In this document: piece by piece, positions 38,039 to 48,986 of the stretch
Layout of the letters: every line of letters begins with the position of its first letter
Numbering within the stretch: the stretch's first letter is position 1
Source: Actinomycetota bacterium
GTDB taxonomy: Bacteria; Actinomycetota; Actinomycetes; Nanopelagicales; Nanopelagicaceae
Length of the DNA: 64,000 bases
Assembly: GCA_009726135.1 (NCBI GenBank)
Contig: WLIQ01000002.1
Coordinates: 2,239 to 66,238, forward strand
Direction: 5' to 3'
Translations under genes and position numbers: made by a program
Notes under the pieces: generated by a model
Told to the model about the DNA's origin: nothing
Databases searched by the model: none
The model's input: the letters and a program-made list of their open reading frames with translations, nothing else

Positions 38039-38562
38039 ACAGAAACACCTGTGCCCGGATAAGCAACACCAGTGCTTGAATGGCAGTCATAACCATTAGG
38101 ATTTTTTTCTAAATATCTCTGGTGGTATTCCTCGGCCAAGTAATACTCGACTCCGTCCGCACTTTTAATCTCTGTGACAATCTGATCTAAACCTGCACTT
38201 GTCAGCACACCCTGATAAACATCTCGTGAATGTTGCGCTGTTACATACTGCTCTGGAGTAGAGGTATAGATTGAACTTCGATATTGCGTTCCAATATCTC
38301 CGCCCTGTTGATTAAGTGAAGTTGGATCATGCATTGTCCAAAACTCTTCTAACAATCTCTGATAACTAACTTTGCTCTCATCAAAAACAACTTTGACCAT
38401 CTCGGCATGGCCGGTAACTCCCGTACACACTTGTTCATATGATGGATTAGCTCGCGTTCCACCCATGTAACCAACAGATGTTTCACTTACGCCATCAATC
38501 TGCCACAAACGGCGCTCAGCACCCCAAAAACATCCTGTTGCAAAATATGCGATTGAACTCAT
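38035..38562 (-). CDS. msrA: Peptide-methionine (S)-S-oxide reductase
   Basis: GCFWG, GYMGG, GTQYRS, AEEYHQ. Confidence 0.95.
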   Translation of the reverse strand: MSSIAYFATGCFWGAERRLWQIDGVSETSVGYMGGTRANPSYEQVCTGVTGHAEMVKVVFDESKVSYQRLLEEFWTMHDPTSLNQQGGDIGTQYRSSIYTSTPEQYVTAQHSRDVYQGVLTSAGLDQIVTEIKSADGVEYYLAEEYHQRYLEKNPNGYDCHSSTGVAYPGTGVSV

Positions 38563-38624
38563 GCGCTTAATTCTGGCAGTAACACGCCAGAAGCGCACCC
38601 GCTGATAACCTACTCATCTCACGA

Positions 38625-38696
38625 GCCCCCGTAGCTCAGGGGATAGAGCACCGCCCTCCGGAGGCGGGTGCACAGGTTCGAATCCTGTCGGGGGCA
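38625..38696 (+). tRNA. tRNA-Arg(CCG)
   Basis: GCCCCCG acceptor, CCGCC-CTCCGGA-GGCGG anticodon arm, GGTTCGAATCC T arm. Confidence 0.95.
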
Positions 38697-38867
38697 CCCC
38701 CCCGCGACGCATATCACTCTAATTTTTCTAATCTTTTTCGATTCATCCTTGTGTATCAATGCCCGACAAGGGAGAATTAACTTCTTGCGCAACATCGAAG
38801 TGCGTATTACCACGTTAAAAATTAGTGTGATTTGGGCTTGCCCGAATCTTTCTAGAGGAGGTTCCCC

Positions 38868-39137
38868 ATGGATTGGCGTCATCAATCTGCTTGCCGCGAT
38901 GAGGATCCAGAACTTTTCTTTCCTGTTGGAAATACAGGACCAGCATTAACTCAAATTGAAGAAGCAAAAAAAGTTTGTAATCGCTGCATTGTTAAAGAAC
39001 CTTGTCTTGCTTGGGCACTTGAAAGTGGTCAAGATGCTGGAGTTTGGGGCGGGCTTTCAGAAGATGAACGTCGTGCACTTAAGCGTCGTGCGGCACGTAA
39101 TCGTGCGCGACTTTTGGAGCAGCAAAACCAGTTCTAA
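38868..39137 (+). CDS. whiB1: WhiB1-type transcriptional regulator
   Basis: MDWRHQSACRDEDPELFFPVGNTGPA, GVWGG. Confidence 0.93.
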   Translation: MDWRHQSACRDEDPELFFPVGNTGPALTQIEEAKKVCNRCIVKEPCLAWALESGQDAGVWGGLSEDERRALKRRAARNRARLLEQQNQF

Positions 39138-40603
39138 AGCGGGAATCGTAAGTTAGCTTGTGTTCCAGCATCTGTTGATTGTAACTTCAAGACACCTTTG
39201 AGCTCATTTTCTGTCAGGGTTCTCACGATCTGTAAGCCAAGATTAGATGATGTTGCTAAATCAAAATCCTTAGGTAACCCAATTCCGTCATCCACAATAT
39301 TGATAACACATTCGTTGCTATAACGCGAAAGTTCAATAGAAAGAAGCGAACCTTGTTCTGCCAAGCCATGTTCTAAAGCATTGTGCATGAGTTCAGTAAC
39401 AACAAGTGATAACGGAGTTGCAAGTCGCGATTCAAGTGAACCCAGTTCACCTTTACGTTCAATCCGTAGCTCACCCATTCGCGGACTCAATTCGAGTGCG
39501 TGGGTAATCAAACTTGTAAGTACTTCATCAAAGGCTACAGTATTTTCGCTACTACTAGACAGAGTTTCGTGAACCAGAGCGATAGATGCAATTCGGCGAA
39601 CCGCTTCATTGAGCGCAGAAGCTGCACTTGGATCCTCTATTCTTCGTGCTTGCATACGAAGTAGCGCTGAGACGGTCTGTAGGTTGTTCTTAACTCGATG
39701 ATGAATTTCGCGGATGGTGGCGTCTTTCGTAACTAAATCACGATCACGCCTACGTAGTTCGGTAACATTTTGAAGCAAAACGATTGCCCCGATGCGATCT
39801 TCATCCTGGAGCAATGGCAATACTAATAAATCAATAGTTGTGCCTTGGTTATCAATTTCAACTCGGCGCAATACTTTTCCATTTAGCCGGGTTCGAACTC
39901 CTTCTTCATGCGGATTAAGCGAGTTCTTGGCTACTTCTTCAGCAATTTCACCTAAATTATAATTTTCAATTTCATTTTTCCAACCCATACGGCTAAATGC
40001 GGACCTTGCATTTGGGCTAGCGTATGAAATAACTCCGTTAACATCGAGGCGAATTAGACCATCTCCTACACGTGGGACTGGTTCAAAAAGTGATCCCGCA
40101 TCGCTATATGGAAAAGCCCCTTGTGCCACCATGCGATAAAGAGCGTGGGCGATCTGTCGGTAATTCAACTCTAACTTACTTGGTGAGCGCATTAATTCTG
40201 CATTACGGTGTCGAGTAATTACGGCGATTACTTGACCATCAAAGACAACAGGAGTTGCCTCTTCCTTAATCATTAACTCACCAAATTGTTCAGCTTCAGA
40301 ATCTCTGACAATTTCTCCAGTAGATAAAGCGCTATCAATTCGTCCTCTGCTACCCCACATAACTTCATCGCCAATAACATCATTTGTAAAAACTGTTGCT
40401 GCCGTTGTTGGTCGGATGTGTGCAACTGCCACATGTCCTGTAGGCCACATTTTCATATCTTTGCGGATGGGTACCCAAAGAATTAAGTCGGCAAATGAAA
40501 GATCTGAAAGTAACTGCCAATCAGCGATTAGTTCACGTAATTTATGGGCTTGGTCAATGGTTATCGAACTACGCCCATGTATCAGCGTTTCAAACTGGGG
40601 CAC
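39134..40603 (-). CDS. pdtaS: PdtaS-like cytoplasmic sensor histidine kinase
   Basis: WQLLSDLSFADL, EIHHRVKNNLQ, NLGLQIV. Confidence 0.88.
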   Translation of the reverse strand: MPQFETLIHGRSSITIDQAHKLRELIADWQLLSDLSFADLILWVPIRKDMKMWPTGHVAVAHIRPTTAATVFTNDVIGDEVMWGSRGRIDSALSTGEIVRDSEAEQFGELMIKEEATPVVFDGQVIAVITRHRNAELMRSPSKLELNYRQIAHALYRMVAQGAFPYSDAGSLFEPVPRVGDGLIRLDVNGVISYASPNARSAFSRMGWKNEIENYNLGEIAEEVAKNSLNPHEEGVRTRLNGKVLRRVEIDNQGTTIDLLVLPLLQDEDRIGAIVLLQNVTELRRRDRDLVTKDATIREIHHRVKNNLQTVSALLRMQARRIEDPSAASALNEAVRRIASIALVHETLSSSSENTVAFDEVLTSLITHALELSPRMGELRIERKGELGSLESRLATPLSLVVTELMHNALEHGLAEQGSLLSIELSRYSNECVINIVDDGIGLPKDFDLATSSNLGLQIVRTLTENELKGVLKLQSTDAGTQANLRFPL

Positions 40604-40604
40604 G

Positions 40605-40991
40605 TTACTTCCACTCTCCCAAGTTTAATGCAATCTCTTGGGTTGCAAACCAAATCAACTCTTCATCATCAGGAAATAGCAGTAGCGCACATTGAACTTG
40701 GGCCCAAGTCAGGTCAGAGTTTAAAGTCACTGACTTCTCATTAACTTCGTTGACTTGAGTTGGTTCTAATTCAATTGCAACAACAATGCCTGGGGCTTTT
40801 TTCGATCCCCGTAGATCTAATGCAGCTTGTGCGGCTTCTAGAGATAAAAGATATTCGATCTCTTCTTCATCTAAATCATCATTTTCACCAACATAAAATG
40901 GAGTTGGCGCGAGTATTGAGTCGACTTTCATATTGCCGGAATTTAAAAAGGTTGCAAGATCATCATGAGAAATAGGAAGATAGGCTCGCAT
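40605..40991 (-). CDS. Conserved actinobacterial protein (DUF6912-like)
   Basis: MRAYLP...EEIEY...LIWFATQEI. Confidence 0.7.
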   Translation of the reverse strand: MRAYLPISHDDLATFLNSGNMKVDSILAPTPFYVGENDDLDEEEIEYLLSLEAAQAALDLRGSKKAPGIVVAIELEPTQVNEVNEKSVTLNSDLTWAQVQCALLLFPDDEELIWFATQEIALNLGEWK

Positions 40992-41010
40992 GCCTCAATA
41001 GTATTAGAAG

Positions 41011-42105
41011 TTATCGCTTGATCTCGCTGGCGATGGAGGCAATTGATTTACGTAGCGAAGAGCGTGCATTGACCTCAATTAGTGTGCATTTCTGCTCTAG
41101 CGCCCCAGTAGCAGCACGTAGATCACGGCCAATTACACGTACAGACAATGGGCGCAGCCTGGTGGTTGCTGCTAGAAACCGCGCTTCTTCATCTTCGCCC
41201 TTTTTGCCCTGTGAACGCATATTCAAGGTGAAACTAATCTGGGATCTAATGGACGTCTTTTCTAATAATGCACAAACCTGTTCCAAACGATGGATACCAA
41301 GTAAGTCTGGGCGCGCAATGACCATGAGTTCGTCGCCTTGATCACAACTCCACGTTGTCATAGTAGATGTCCATCGTCGATCAGTGAGTCGATTTGATAA
41401 ACCAGAAATAGAACCAAGATCTATCACTACGTTGTCAAAATGCTGTGTTGCAGTTTCCATAAACTGATCAACTGAGCCAGCTTCTTCTTGAGTTATTTCT
41501 GCAATTGCTAGCCTTGGTGCAATCGTGCGCCAGCCAGACTCTGATTGAACATTGCGTATAGCGATTAAGGCGGCAATTGATGGCGCTCGAAAGTTGGCGT
41601 CGACTATTAAAGTAGATTTCTCAAGCACACTTAACTCCATAGCCAGATTGAGTGCAATTGTGCTGCACCCGGTATCGCTTCCGGCCGAACCAATAGCCAA
41701 CACATGCGCTTTACGAGTTTGCCTAATTATCTGACTCGACTGGCGAAGCATAGGTGCGCGTACAAATCCTCTAACAACGCTCACCAAATCGGTGATAGTT
41801 GTTGGGAATGAGTGCAGGCCAGTAAATCCTGGATTTGGTTCACGCGTGAATCCAACAATTTGCTTTACCTTTAAAGCAAGGTTAGTAATGGTTTCACTTG
41901 TGATTCCTGGAAGGTCGGGGGCATAAATAAGCAATGCGCCCGCTGCCGCTTGTGGATTATTAGTACAGTAATTTTCAAGTGCTTCAGTATCAATGGCACG
42001 AAAAATTACACTCCATCCTTGAGCAAACAAAGTTCCAGAAACAAAGCTTTCAAACTGGGCATCAGCAATTGCGGTTATAACAACTGGGAGTTCTTGATCA
42101 GGCAT
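41011..42105 (-). CDS. Degenerate CpaE/MinD-like P-loop protein
   Basis: AIGSAGSDTGCSTIALNLA deviant Walker A, VDAN, VVIDLG. Confidence 0.7.
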   Translation of the reverse strand: MPDQELPVVITAIADAQFESFVSGTLFAQGWSVIFRAIDTEALENYCTNNPQAAAGALLIYAPDLPGITSETITNLALKVKQIVGFTREPNPGFTGLHSFPTTITDLVSVVRGFVRAPMLRQSSQIIRQTRKAHVLAIGSAGSDTGCSTIALNLAMELSVLEKSTLIVDANFRAPSIAALIAIRNVQSESGWRTIAPRLAIAEITQEEAGSVDQFMETATQHFDNVVIDLGSISGLSNRLTDRRWTSTMTTWSCDQGDELMVIARPDLLGIHRLEQVCALLEKTSIRSQISFTLNMRSQGKKGEDEEARFLAATTRLRPLSVRVIGRDLRAATGALEQKCTLIEVNARSSLRKSIASIASEIKR

Positions 42106-42715
42106 TGGATCTAATCACCACCAAACGTCCTTGAGTTGTTGCTGCAAGCAACCGTAAGACTTGAGTCTGATCTACTGAAACCGTGATTGCTGCGTCAGTT
42201 CCGAAGTTTGCACTTTTTCCATCTGCGCTTAGAACTAGTACGTTTCCGAGAATAAGGATGGGTTCTTGAGCAAGTTCACCGTTTTGAATATCAATGACCC
42301 AGTAGATATCTACAAGATCTCCGATGTGGATGCTGGCTGCTAGATCTACCGAGCGGATACTTAGAGGTACCGCACTGCTGGCAACCATAACGGCCGTTGA
42401 ACTTACCTTCTCGGTACTTACAATTTCACCTAAGAATATATTTTGAATGAGAACTTGCCCCAGGGGATCAAGTTCTTCCGATAAATAATTGGTTGAGCTC
42501 GATTTCAAATCTAAATCTTTCAGTTCTAGGTCGCCACTAGAAATCTGGTGCCCGCTTTGCAAGTCAACAGCTGCCACCCAGTATTTTGAGGTTGAGTGGG
42601 AAAAAACTGCTAGTAAGAATGCGGAAAGAAATGATGCTGCTATTAGTGCGATTGCTAGAGGCATTCGGGATGGCATATGTGAACTTTGTCTTTTCATGAA
42701 TGCACCTAATTGCAT
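42098..42715 (-). CDS. SAF-domain (CpaB-like) protein
   Basis: N-terminal TM, WVAAVDLQSGHQI, GDLVDIYW. Confidence 0.7.
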   Translation of the reverse strand: MQLGAFMKRQSSHMPSRMPLAIALIAASFLSAFLLAVFSHSTSKYWVAAVDLQSGHQISSGDLELKDLDLKSSSTNYLSEELDPLGQVLIQNIFLGEIVSTEKVSSTAVMVASSAVPLSIRSVDLAASIHIGDLVDIYWVIDIQNGELAQEPILILGNVLVLSADGKSANFGTDAAITVSVDQTQVLRLLAATTQGRLVVIRSNA

Positions 42716-42819
42716 TTACCGACAAAAAATGATTACTTATCCACACTCATCCTTATTGATGGCATGGATGTAGCCATTAGGTGGATTTATGTAGGATTCA
42801 TTGGTAGAACTCTTACGGC

Positions 42820-43347
42820 ATGACAACAAACCGATTAATTAGCGATGAAATCTCAATCAGCAGCTTTCGAATTGAAGCTCCAGATAGCCCTGAAAATCAG
42901 GACTGGAAGCACCCTCTACTAGAAATTTTTAAACTTACATCTGCTCCATTGCAAACTTCTCGCCCAAAACTGTATTTGGTTCCTTCACGTTTTGATGATG
43001 AGTTTGACCCTGATTTTGCGCCTGAACCAACTTCTGCTCTAGATCTACCAGAACTTCATCAGTGGACAGAAAGGTTCGCCCATTCGGTAGTTGAAATTTG
43101 GGCTGGACGTAGATCGCCCAGACAAATCCAAACACTTTGTCATCACACAATTTTTTCAGAGTTAGTTAGAAAATCTGGATCTCAAAAAGAAATTGGCCAC
43201 ATCCGTAAAATTCATATCCAAGAACCACTCGATGGAATATGTGAAGCAACAATTACTGTGCGATATCAAGACCGTCTTCGCTCAATGCTTGTTCGATTTG
43301 AAGGCATCGACAAACGCTGGTTGTGTACAGCCCTTAACTTGCTTTAA
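42820..43347 (+). CDS. Rv3235 family protein
   Basis: [12 protein letters not shown]...RFEG..RWLCTAL; position next to secA. Confidence 0.82.
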   Translation: MTTNRLISDEISISSFRIEAPDSPENQDWKHPLLEIFKLTSAPLQTSRPKLYLVPSRFDDEFDPDFAPEPTSALDLPELHQWTERFAHSVVEIWAGRRSPRQIQTLCHHTIFSELVRKSGSQKEIGHIRKIHIQEPLDGICEATITVRYQDRLRSMLVRFEGIDKRWLCTALNLL

Positions 43348-46019
43348 GCACCACCGTGGCAACGCTTGAACTTCTTACCTGAGCCACATGGGCAAGGGGT
43401 ATTGCGAGAAACTTCGCCAGTCACTTTGACGCCGTTTTCATCAGCAGCGGTGTATTGCAAACCAGAAGTTGGTAACGCCTTAGTTTCAAGGCCCGCGCCA
43501 GTTACCTCGTTGTTTGAGGCTTCTACAGTTACTTCAATGTTGAACAAGAATCCCGCGATTTCTTCCTTTATTGCATCCATCATGGCTGAGAATAAGTCAA
43601 AGCCTTCGCGTTGATACTCAACAAGTGGGTCACGCTGGGCCATTGCACGCAAGCCAATGCCCTCTTGCAAATAATCCATTTCATATAAATGTTCTCGCCA
43701 TTTGCGATCAAGAACAGAAAGTAAAACTTTGCGCTCAAGCTCTCGCATCACTTCTGAACCTAATGACTCTTCTCGCTTTGCGTATGCGGCCTTACAATCT
43801 TCGACAACGGCTGCGGCAAGGAACTGCGCGTCTAGTCCGCTTCGAGAACCAACTCGGCTAATTAATTCTTCAATTGAGAATGAGATTGGGTAAATAGTTT
43901 TAAGTGCATTCCATAACGTTTCAAGGTCCCAATCTTCCGAATAACCTTGTGAAGTAGCCATGCTCACATATGCCGTTAAAGTATCGTCGACAAAAGTAGC
44001 GACTTGATCCTTGATATCTGCACCTTCTAGGACCATTCGACGCTCACCATAAACAACTTGGCGCTGACGATTCATTACATCGTCATATTTTAAAACATTT
44101 TTACGCATTTCAAAGTTTTGTGATTCGACCTGTGTCTGCGCTGAACGAATTGCATTGCTGACCATCTTTGACTCGATTGGTGCATCTTCAGGAATTCCAG
44201 CAGCTGTTAGGAAACGTTCGACCATTCCAGAGTTAAAGCGACGCATGAGTTCATCTTGAAGTGAAAGATAAAAACGGGATTCACCAGGATCACCTTGTCG
44301 ACCAGAACGACCACGTAACTGATTATCAATACGACGAGATTCATGACGCTCGGTACCTAGAACATAAAGTCCGCCAAGGGCAATTACTTCCTCGTGTCCG
44401 AGTGCTACTGCTGCCTTTTGGCGAGAAATCTCATCTGGCCAAGCTTTTTCATATTCTTCAGCGTTATCAACTGGAGAAATTCCACGACGTTGTAGTTCAA
44501 AATCTGCCATGAACTCTGGATTTCCACCGAGCATGATGTCAGTTCCGCGTCCTGCCATATTTGTTGCAACTGTTACGGCGCCTTTAACACCTGCGCGAGC
44601 AATAATTGCGGCTTCGCGCTCGTGGTGTTTAGCGTTTAGAACTTCGTGAGGCACGCCTGATTTGCGCAAGAATCCTGATAATTCCTCTGACTTCTCAACA
44701 CTTACAGTGCCCACTAGAACTGGTTGGCCCTTGCGATGTTTTTCAACAATGTCTGCAGTTACTGCAATGAACTTTCCAGCTTCAGATTTATAAACAAGAT
44801 CAGGTTGATCGATACGTACCATTCCGCGATTTGTTGGGATTGGAACAACGCCTAGTTTATAGATCTGGTGGAATTCAGATGCTTCAGTCATGGCAGTACC
44901 TGTCATGCCTGAGAGCTTTTCGTAAAGACGGAAATAGTTCTGCAAAGTAATCGTTGCAAGAGTCTGGTTTTCATCCTTAATTTCAATACGTTCTTTGGCT
45001 TCAAGAGCTTGATGCAAACCTTCGCTATATCGGCGCCCAGCTAGCATGCGCCCCGTGTGCTCATCAACAATTAAAAGCTCACCATTCATAACAACATAAT
45101 CTTTATCTCGCTTGAAAAGTTCTTTGGCACGAACTGCGTTATTGAGATAACCAATCATCGGTGTATTTGCAGCTTCGTATAGGTTGCCAATCTGCAAAAG
45201 CTCTTCAACTTTAGTAACGCCATCTTCAAGAATTCCAAGAGTTCGTTTCTTTTCATCTATTTCATAGTGCACGTCGCGTTGTAGTTTGCCCACAAGGTTT
45301 GCAAATTCCACGTACCACTTGGTGGCTTTATCAGCAGGTCCACTAATAATTAATGGGGTTCGGGCTTCATCGATTAGAATAGAGTCGACTTCATCCACTA
45401 CTGCAAAAAAATGCTCACGTTGTACGCACTCTTCAAGCGACCAAGCCATGTTGTCACGCAAGTAATCAAAACCAAATTCATTATTTGTTCCATAAGTAAT
45501 ATCTGCTAAATATGCTTCGCGACGTTCTGCCGGAGTCATATTGGCGAGAATCACGTCGACCTTTAATCCGAGGAATCGGTGGATTCGACCCATCCATTCG
45601 CTATCACGCTCTGCTAAGTAATCATTCGTTGTGACAACGTGAACACCTTTGCCGGCAAGAGCGTTGAGGTATGAGGGAAGGGTTGCTACTAGAGTTTTTC
45701 CTTCACCAGTTCGCATTTCAGCAATATTGCCTTTATGAAGTGCGGCACCGCCCATAATCTGTACGTCATAGTGGCGCTGACCTAATGTTCGCTTTGCCGC
45801 TTCACGCACAACTGCGAAAGCTTCAGGCATTAAATCATCGAGTGATTCACCCTTTGAAAAACGATCTTTGAAGATTTGGGTTTGAGCGCGAAGTTCTACA
45901 TCTGACATAGAAGTAATGCGTGCTTCATGAGCATTAACGACAACCACGATCTTGCTTAGTTCGCGAAGGACGCGACCTTCACCTGCACGCAAAATCCTGT
46001 CAAAAAACGCTGGCATCAA
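43344..46019 (-). CDS. secA: Preprotein translocase SecA
   Basis: [23 protein letters not shown]-terminal [13 protein letters not shown]. Confidence 0.98.
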   Translation of the reverse strand: MMPAFFDRILRAGEGRVLRELSKIVVVVNAHEARITSMSDVELRAQTQIFKDRFSKGESLDDLMPEAFAVVREAAKRTLGQRHYDVQIMGGAALHKGNIAEMRTGEGKTLVATLPSYLNALAGKGVHVVTTNDYLAERDSEWMGRIHRFLGLKVDVILANMTPAERREAYLADITYGTNNEFGFDYLRDNMAWSLEECVQREHFFAVVDEVDSILIDEARTPLIISGPADKATKWYVEFANLVGKLQRDVHYEIDEKKRTLGILEDGVTKVEELLQIGNLYEAANTPMIGYLNNAVRAKELFKRDKDYVVMNGELLIVDEHTGRMLAGRRYSEGLHQALEAKERIEIKDENQTLATITLQNYFRLYEKLSGMTGTAMTEASEFHQIYKLGVVPIPTNRGMVRIDQPDLVYKSEAGKFIAVTADIVEKHRKGQPVLVGTVSVEKSEELSGFLRKSGVPHEVLNAKHHEREAAIIARAGVKGAVTVATNMAGRGTDIMLGGNPEFMADFELQRRGISPVDNAEEYEKAWPDEISRQKAAVALGHEEVIALGGLYVLGTERHESRRIDNQLRGRSGRQGDPGESRFYLSLQDELMRRFNSGMVERFLTAAGIPEDAPIESKMVSNAIRSAQTQVESQNFEMRKNVLKYDDVMNRQRQVVYGERRMVLEGADIKDQVATFVDDTLTAYVSMATSQGYSEDWDLETLWNALKTIYPISFSIEELISRVGSRSGLDAQFLAAAVVEDCKAAYAKREESLGSEVMRELERKVLLSVLDRKWREHLYEMDYLQEGIGLRAMAQRDPLVEYQREGFDLFSAMMDAIKEEIAGFLFNIEVTVEASNNEVTGAGLETKALPTSGLQYTAADENGVKVTGEVSRNTPCPCGSGKKFKRCHGGA

Positions 46020-46061
46020 TGCAACCTTTCAAACGCTCACGAACTCGCTTACTCAAGGCTC

Positions 46062-46697
46062 CTATCGTAGAGGTTGCGCCAGGCAAGCGGTAACTGAGGC
46101 CAACACGTGAAATCCGTGAGAATTCAGGGCTCTGGCCGCCTCTGCGACCGTGGCACCCGTGGTTACAACATCATCGATGAGAATTAAATCACCCCGTGGA
46201 TATGTGTTTGTGTTGATGCTAAAAGCCCCATGCATATTAGTAAGTCGAGATTTGGCGTTCAGCGAGCTTTGGTCTTTGACTTTTCGGTTGATAGTTAATG
46301 CCGGAATCAAAGGTATCGATGTGGCTGCTGAAATTTCCCTACAGAGTTCCAGAATAAAACTTCTGCCACGTCGCCTTTGATTTATCCCTGATGATGGAAT
46401 TGGAACGAGCCGGACATTGAAAGCATCAAAATTTGCTGTGTCGAGCACATGGACTATCGCATCAATAATTAATTGATCCGCCCCTTTTAACCCATTTTCT
46501 TTGGCCGCCATAATTATTCGACTTGCAGTTGGAGAATAGGAGATTGCTGAGTGGACTTTCATGCCGCGAATATGAGTTGTATAAAAATGAGGATGCCATT
46601 CACGGCGACAATTAGAACAAATTGAAATCCCAATAGCATTGCAGCCAAAACATCGGGTTGGGAAAAGGAGTTGACTTAGCTCTTCAATAACTGACAT
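46062..46697 (-). CDS. ComF family phosphoribosyltransferase-like protein
   Basis: N-terminal CxxC..CxxC; LIDDVVTTGAT. Confidence 0.88.
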   Translation of the reverse strand: MSVIEELSQLLFPTRCFGCNAIGISICSNCRREWHPHFYTTHIRGMKVHSAISYSPTASRIIMAAKENGLKGADQLIIDAIVHVLDTANFDAFNVRLVPIPSSGINQRRRGRSFILELCREISAATSIPLIPALTINRKVKDQSSLNAKSRLTNMHGAFSINTNTYPRGDLILIDDVVTTGATVAEAARALNSHGFHVLASVTACLAQPLR

Positions 46698-46745
46698 GGG
46701 TCGAAGTTAGTTCAGAAAACTCTGTTCTAAATTTGGGTGTGGAAA

Positions 46746-48296
46746 TTATTCATGTGAATCATCTGGTGCCAATTTAATCAACCGGGATTCAATCCCCTGG
46801 CTAGATTGGCGAGGAAGAGTTAAAACAAAATGTGCGCCTTTTCCAGGACGCCCCCAAGCTTCAAGTTCTCCATTATGTAAACGTGCGTCTTCTAAGGCGA
46901 TAGATAGACCTAGACCAGTGCCGCCGCGAATACGTGAACGAGAAGGGTCGGCCCGCCAAAATCGGTCAAATACTCGAGTTAATGCATTCTCATCTAAACC
47001 GATTCCATGATCTCGAACACCTACTGCAACATCATGCTCACTTGCCAAAATTGTTATAGCTACTGGTTTTTCTTCGGCATGGTCAATGGCATTTGAAAGC
47101 AGGTTTCGCAAAATTCTTTCTACGCGCCTAATGTCAGCCTTCACATTAATGCCTTCAGCAAGCGAATAGATTCGAAGCTCAGTAGAGCGCTCCTTGGCAA
47201 CTAAAGCTAAATCTTCTGCACAGCGATTAGCTAACAAAACTATGTCAAAATCAATTGCTTCAAGCACCGCAACTCCGGCATCAAATCGGCTTACTTCAAG
47301 GAGGTCTTCTAGTAAGCGCTCAAATCGATCTAATTGGGCAACTAAAAGTTCAGTACTTCTAGCGACAATCGGATCAAAGCTCTCACGAGATGCATTAATA
47401 ACTTCCGAAGCCATGCGCAATGTTGTTAGCGGAGTGCGAAGTTCATGGGAAACATCTGAAACAAAGCGCTGCTGAACCCTAGAAAGGTTTTCAAGCCGTG
47501 CAATTTGCTTTTCAAGGGATTCGGCCATCTCATTAAATGCAGTACCTAATGTGGCAATTTCATCTTGTGAAACTACCTTCATTCGCTGACGGAAATCACC
47601 AGAAGTAAACTGAGTGGCGATTGCTGCGGCTTCGCGCACTGGACGAACTACTTGGCGAACAACTAACCAGACGATTAATGCGATAAGAAAGACAAGGACT
47701 GAGCCAGTGACTAATAATAGTCTTGAGATCAAATCTAAAGTTGTATTTTGATTTGCAAGTGAAAAGATTACATACATCTCATACTGGCCCGCGCCGGGAA
47801 TCTGTACCTTCTGACCAAATGCCAATCCCGGAATGCTTGAACCACCCGAGTAATTGATATTGACCAATGATGAGACTATGTCATTGCTTCTACGCACGCG
47901 TTTACTTAAATATTCTGGAATAGACTTCGGATTAACTAAATTTGAAGTAGTTCCATAATCATTGTTACGGGTGTTTCCTGGACTTCGAATAAATACCACT
48001 TCACGAGCATTTTCATTTGTGGTCAGGGATGTTGCTGAACTTATAACGTCATTGATAACTTTGCGAACTGCCGCTTCCTTTTCGCCCTCGGCTAATAGGA
48101 ATCGATACTCTGCGCTAAATATCGTTGAGCGGGCTTCAATGCGAGCTGAGTCAAGATTTACTTTCTTAATACCAGTTGATAACTGCGAGTTAAGGGCAGA
48201 GCCAGTCAGATAAACAACGGCGAGAGAGAGCAAAACGGTGGAGATAATTACTCGTGTGGCCAGTGAATTTCGCAGGCGTAAAAAAATGCGATTCAT
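46746..48296 (-). CDS. mtrB: Sensor kinase MtrB
   Basis: LSRVQQRFVSDVSHELRTPLTT, FWRADPSR, GTGLGL; follows mtrA. Confidence 0.9.
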   Translation of the reverse strand: MNRIFLRLRNSLATRVIISTVLLSLAVVYLTGSALNSQLSTGIKKVNLDSARIEARSTIFSAEYRFLLAEGEKEAAVRKVINDVISSATSLTTNENAREVVFIRSPGNTRNNDYGTTSNLVNPKSIPEYLSKRVRRSNDIVSSLVNINYSGGSSIPGLAFGQKVQIPGAGQYEMYVIFSLANQNTTLDLISRLLLVTGSVLVFLIALIVWLVVRQVVRPVREAAAIATQFTSGDFRQRMKVVSQDEIATLGTAFNEMAESLEKQIARLENLSRVQQRFVSDVSHELRTPLTTLRMASEVINASRESFDPIVARSTELLVAQLDRFERLLEDLLEVSRFDAGVAVLEAIDFDIVLLANRCAEDLALVAKERSTELRIYSLAEGINVKADIRRVERILRNLLSNAIDHAEEKPVAITILASEHDVAVGVRDHGIGLDENALTRVFDRFWRADPSRSRIRGGTGLGLSIALEDARLHNGELEAWGRPGKGAHFVLTLPRQSSQGIESRLIKLAPDDSHE

Positions 48297-48299
48297 ATT

Positions 48300-48986
48300 T
48301 TAGGAGGCGCCCATAACTCCAGCTTTGTAACCGACTCCACGTACTGTTACAACGATCTCTGGGCTTTCAGGATCATGTTCGATTTTGGAGCGAAGGCGCT
48401 GTACATGAACATTTACTAGGCGCGTATCTGTGGAATGCCTGTAGCCCCATACTTCACTGAGCAACGCATCACGCGAAAATACTCGACCTGGTTCTTTAGC
48501 AAGGGCAACTAATAAATCAAATTCAAGGCGAGTAAGAGAAATCTGCTTACCTGCCCGCAAAACTTGATGAGCCTGTACATCAATTGCTAAATCACCAATT
48601 GTTAATAGGCCGGCAATATCTACATTAGTTCGTCGTAAACGAGTGCGGATTCGCGCAATGAGTTCTGACGGATGGCGAAAAGGTTTGACCATATAGTCAT
48701 CGGCTCCGGCTTCAAGTCCGCGAACAACATCCTGGGTGTCACCTTTTGCCGTCAACATAATGATTGGAACCATTGATTCGGCGCGAATTAATTTACAAAC
48801 TTCGATGCCATCAAGGCCAGGCAACATAACATCCAACAGAACTAAATCTGGTGGATTGTTACGAAAGACATCTAGAACTTCATCCCCGCGGCTTACGAGG
48901 TCGACATCAATACCTGCACCGGTTAAGACAATGCCGAGCATTTCGGCAAGGTCCTGGTCATCATCGACGACCATAACCAATGTCAT
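48300..48986 (-). CDS. mtrA: Response regulator MtrA
   Basis: DTRLVNVHVQRLRSKIE, TVRGVGYKAG. Confidence 0.93.
   Translation of the reverse strand: MTLVMVVDDDQDLAEMLGIVLTGAGIDVDLVSRGDEVLDVFRNNPPDLVLLDVMLPGLDGIEVCKLIRAESMVPIIMLTAKGDTQDVVRGLEAGADDYMVKPFRHPSELIARIRTRLRRTNVDIAGLLTIGDLAIDVQAHQVLRAGKQISLTRLEFDLLVALAKEPGRVFSRDALLSEVWGYRHSTDTRLVNVHVQRLRSKIEHDPESPEIVVTVRGVGYKAGVMGAS

Noticed and set aside
38619-38949. ORFs overlapping tRNA-Arg
   Set aside because: Translation artefacts of the tRNA and the whiB1 leader
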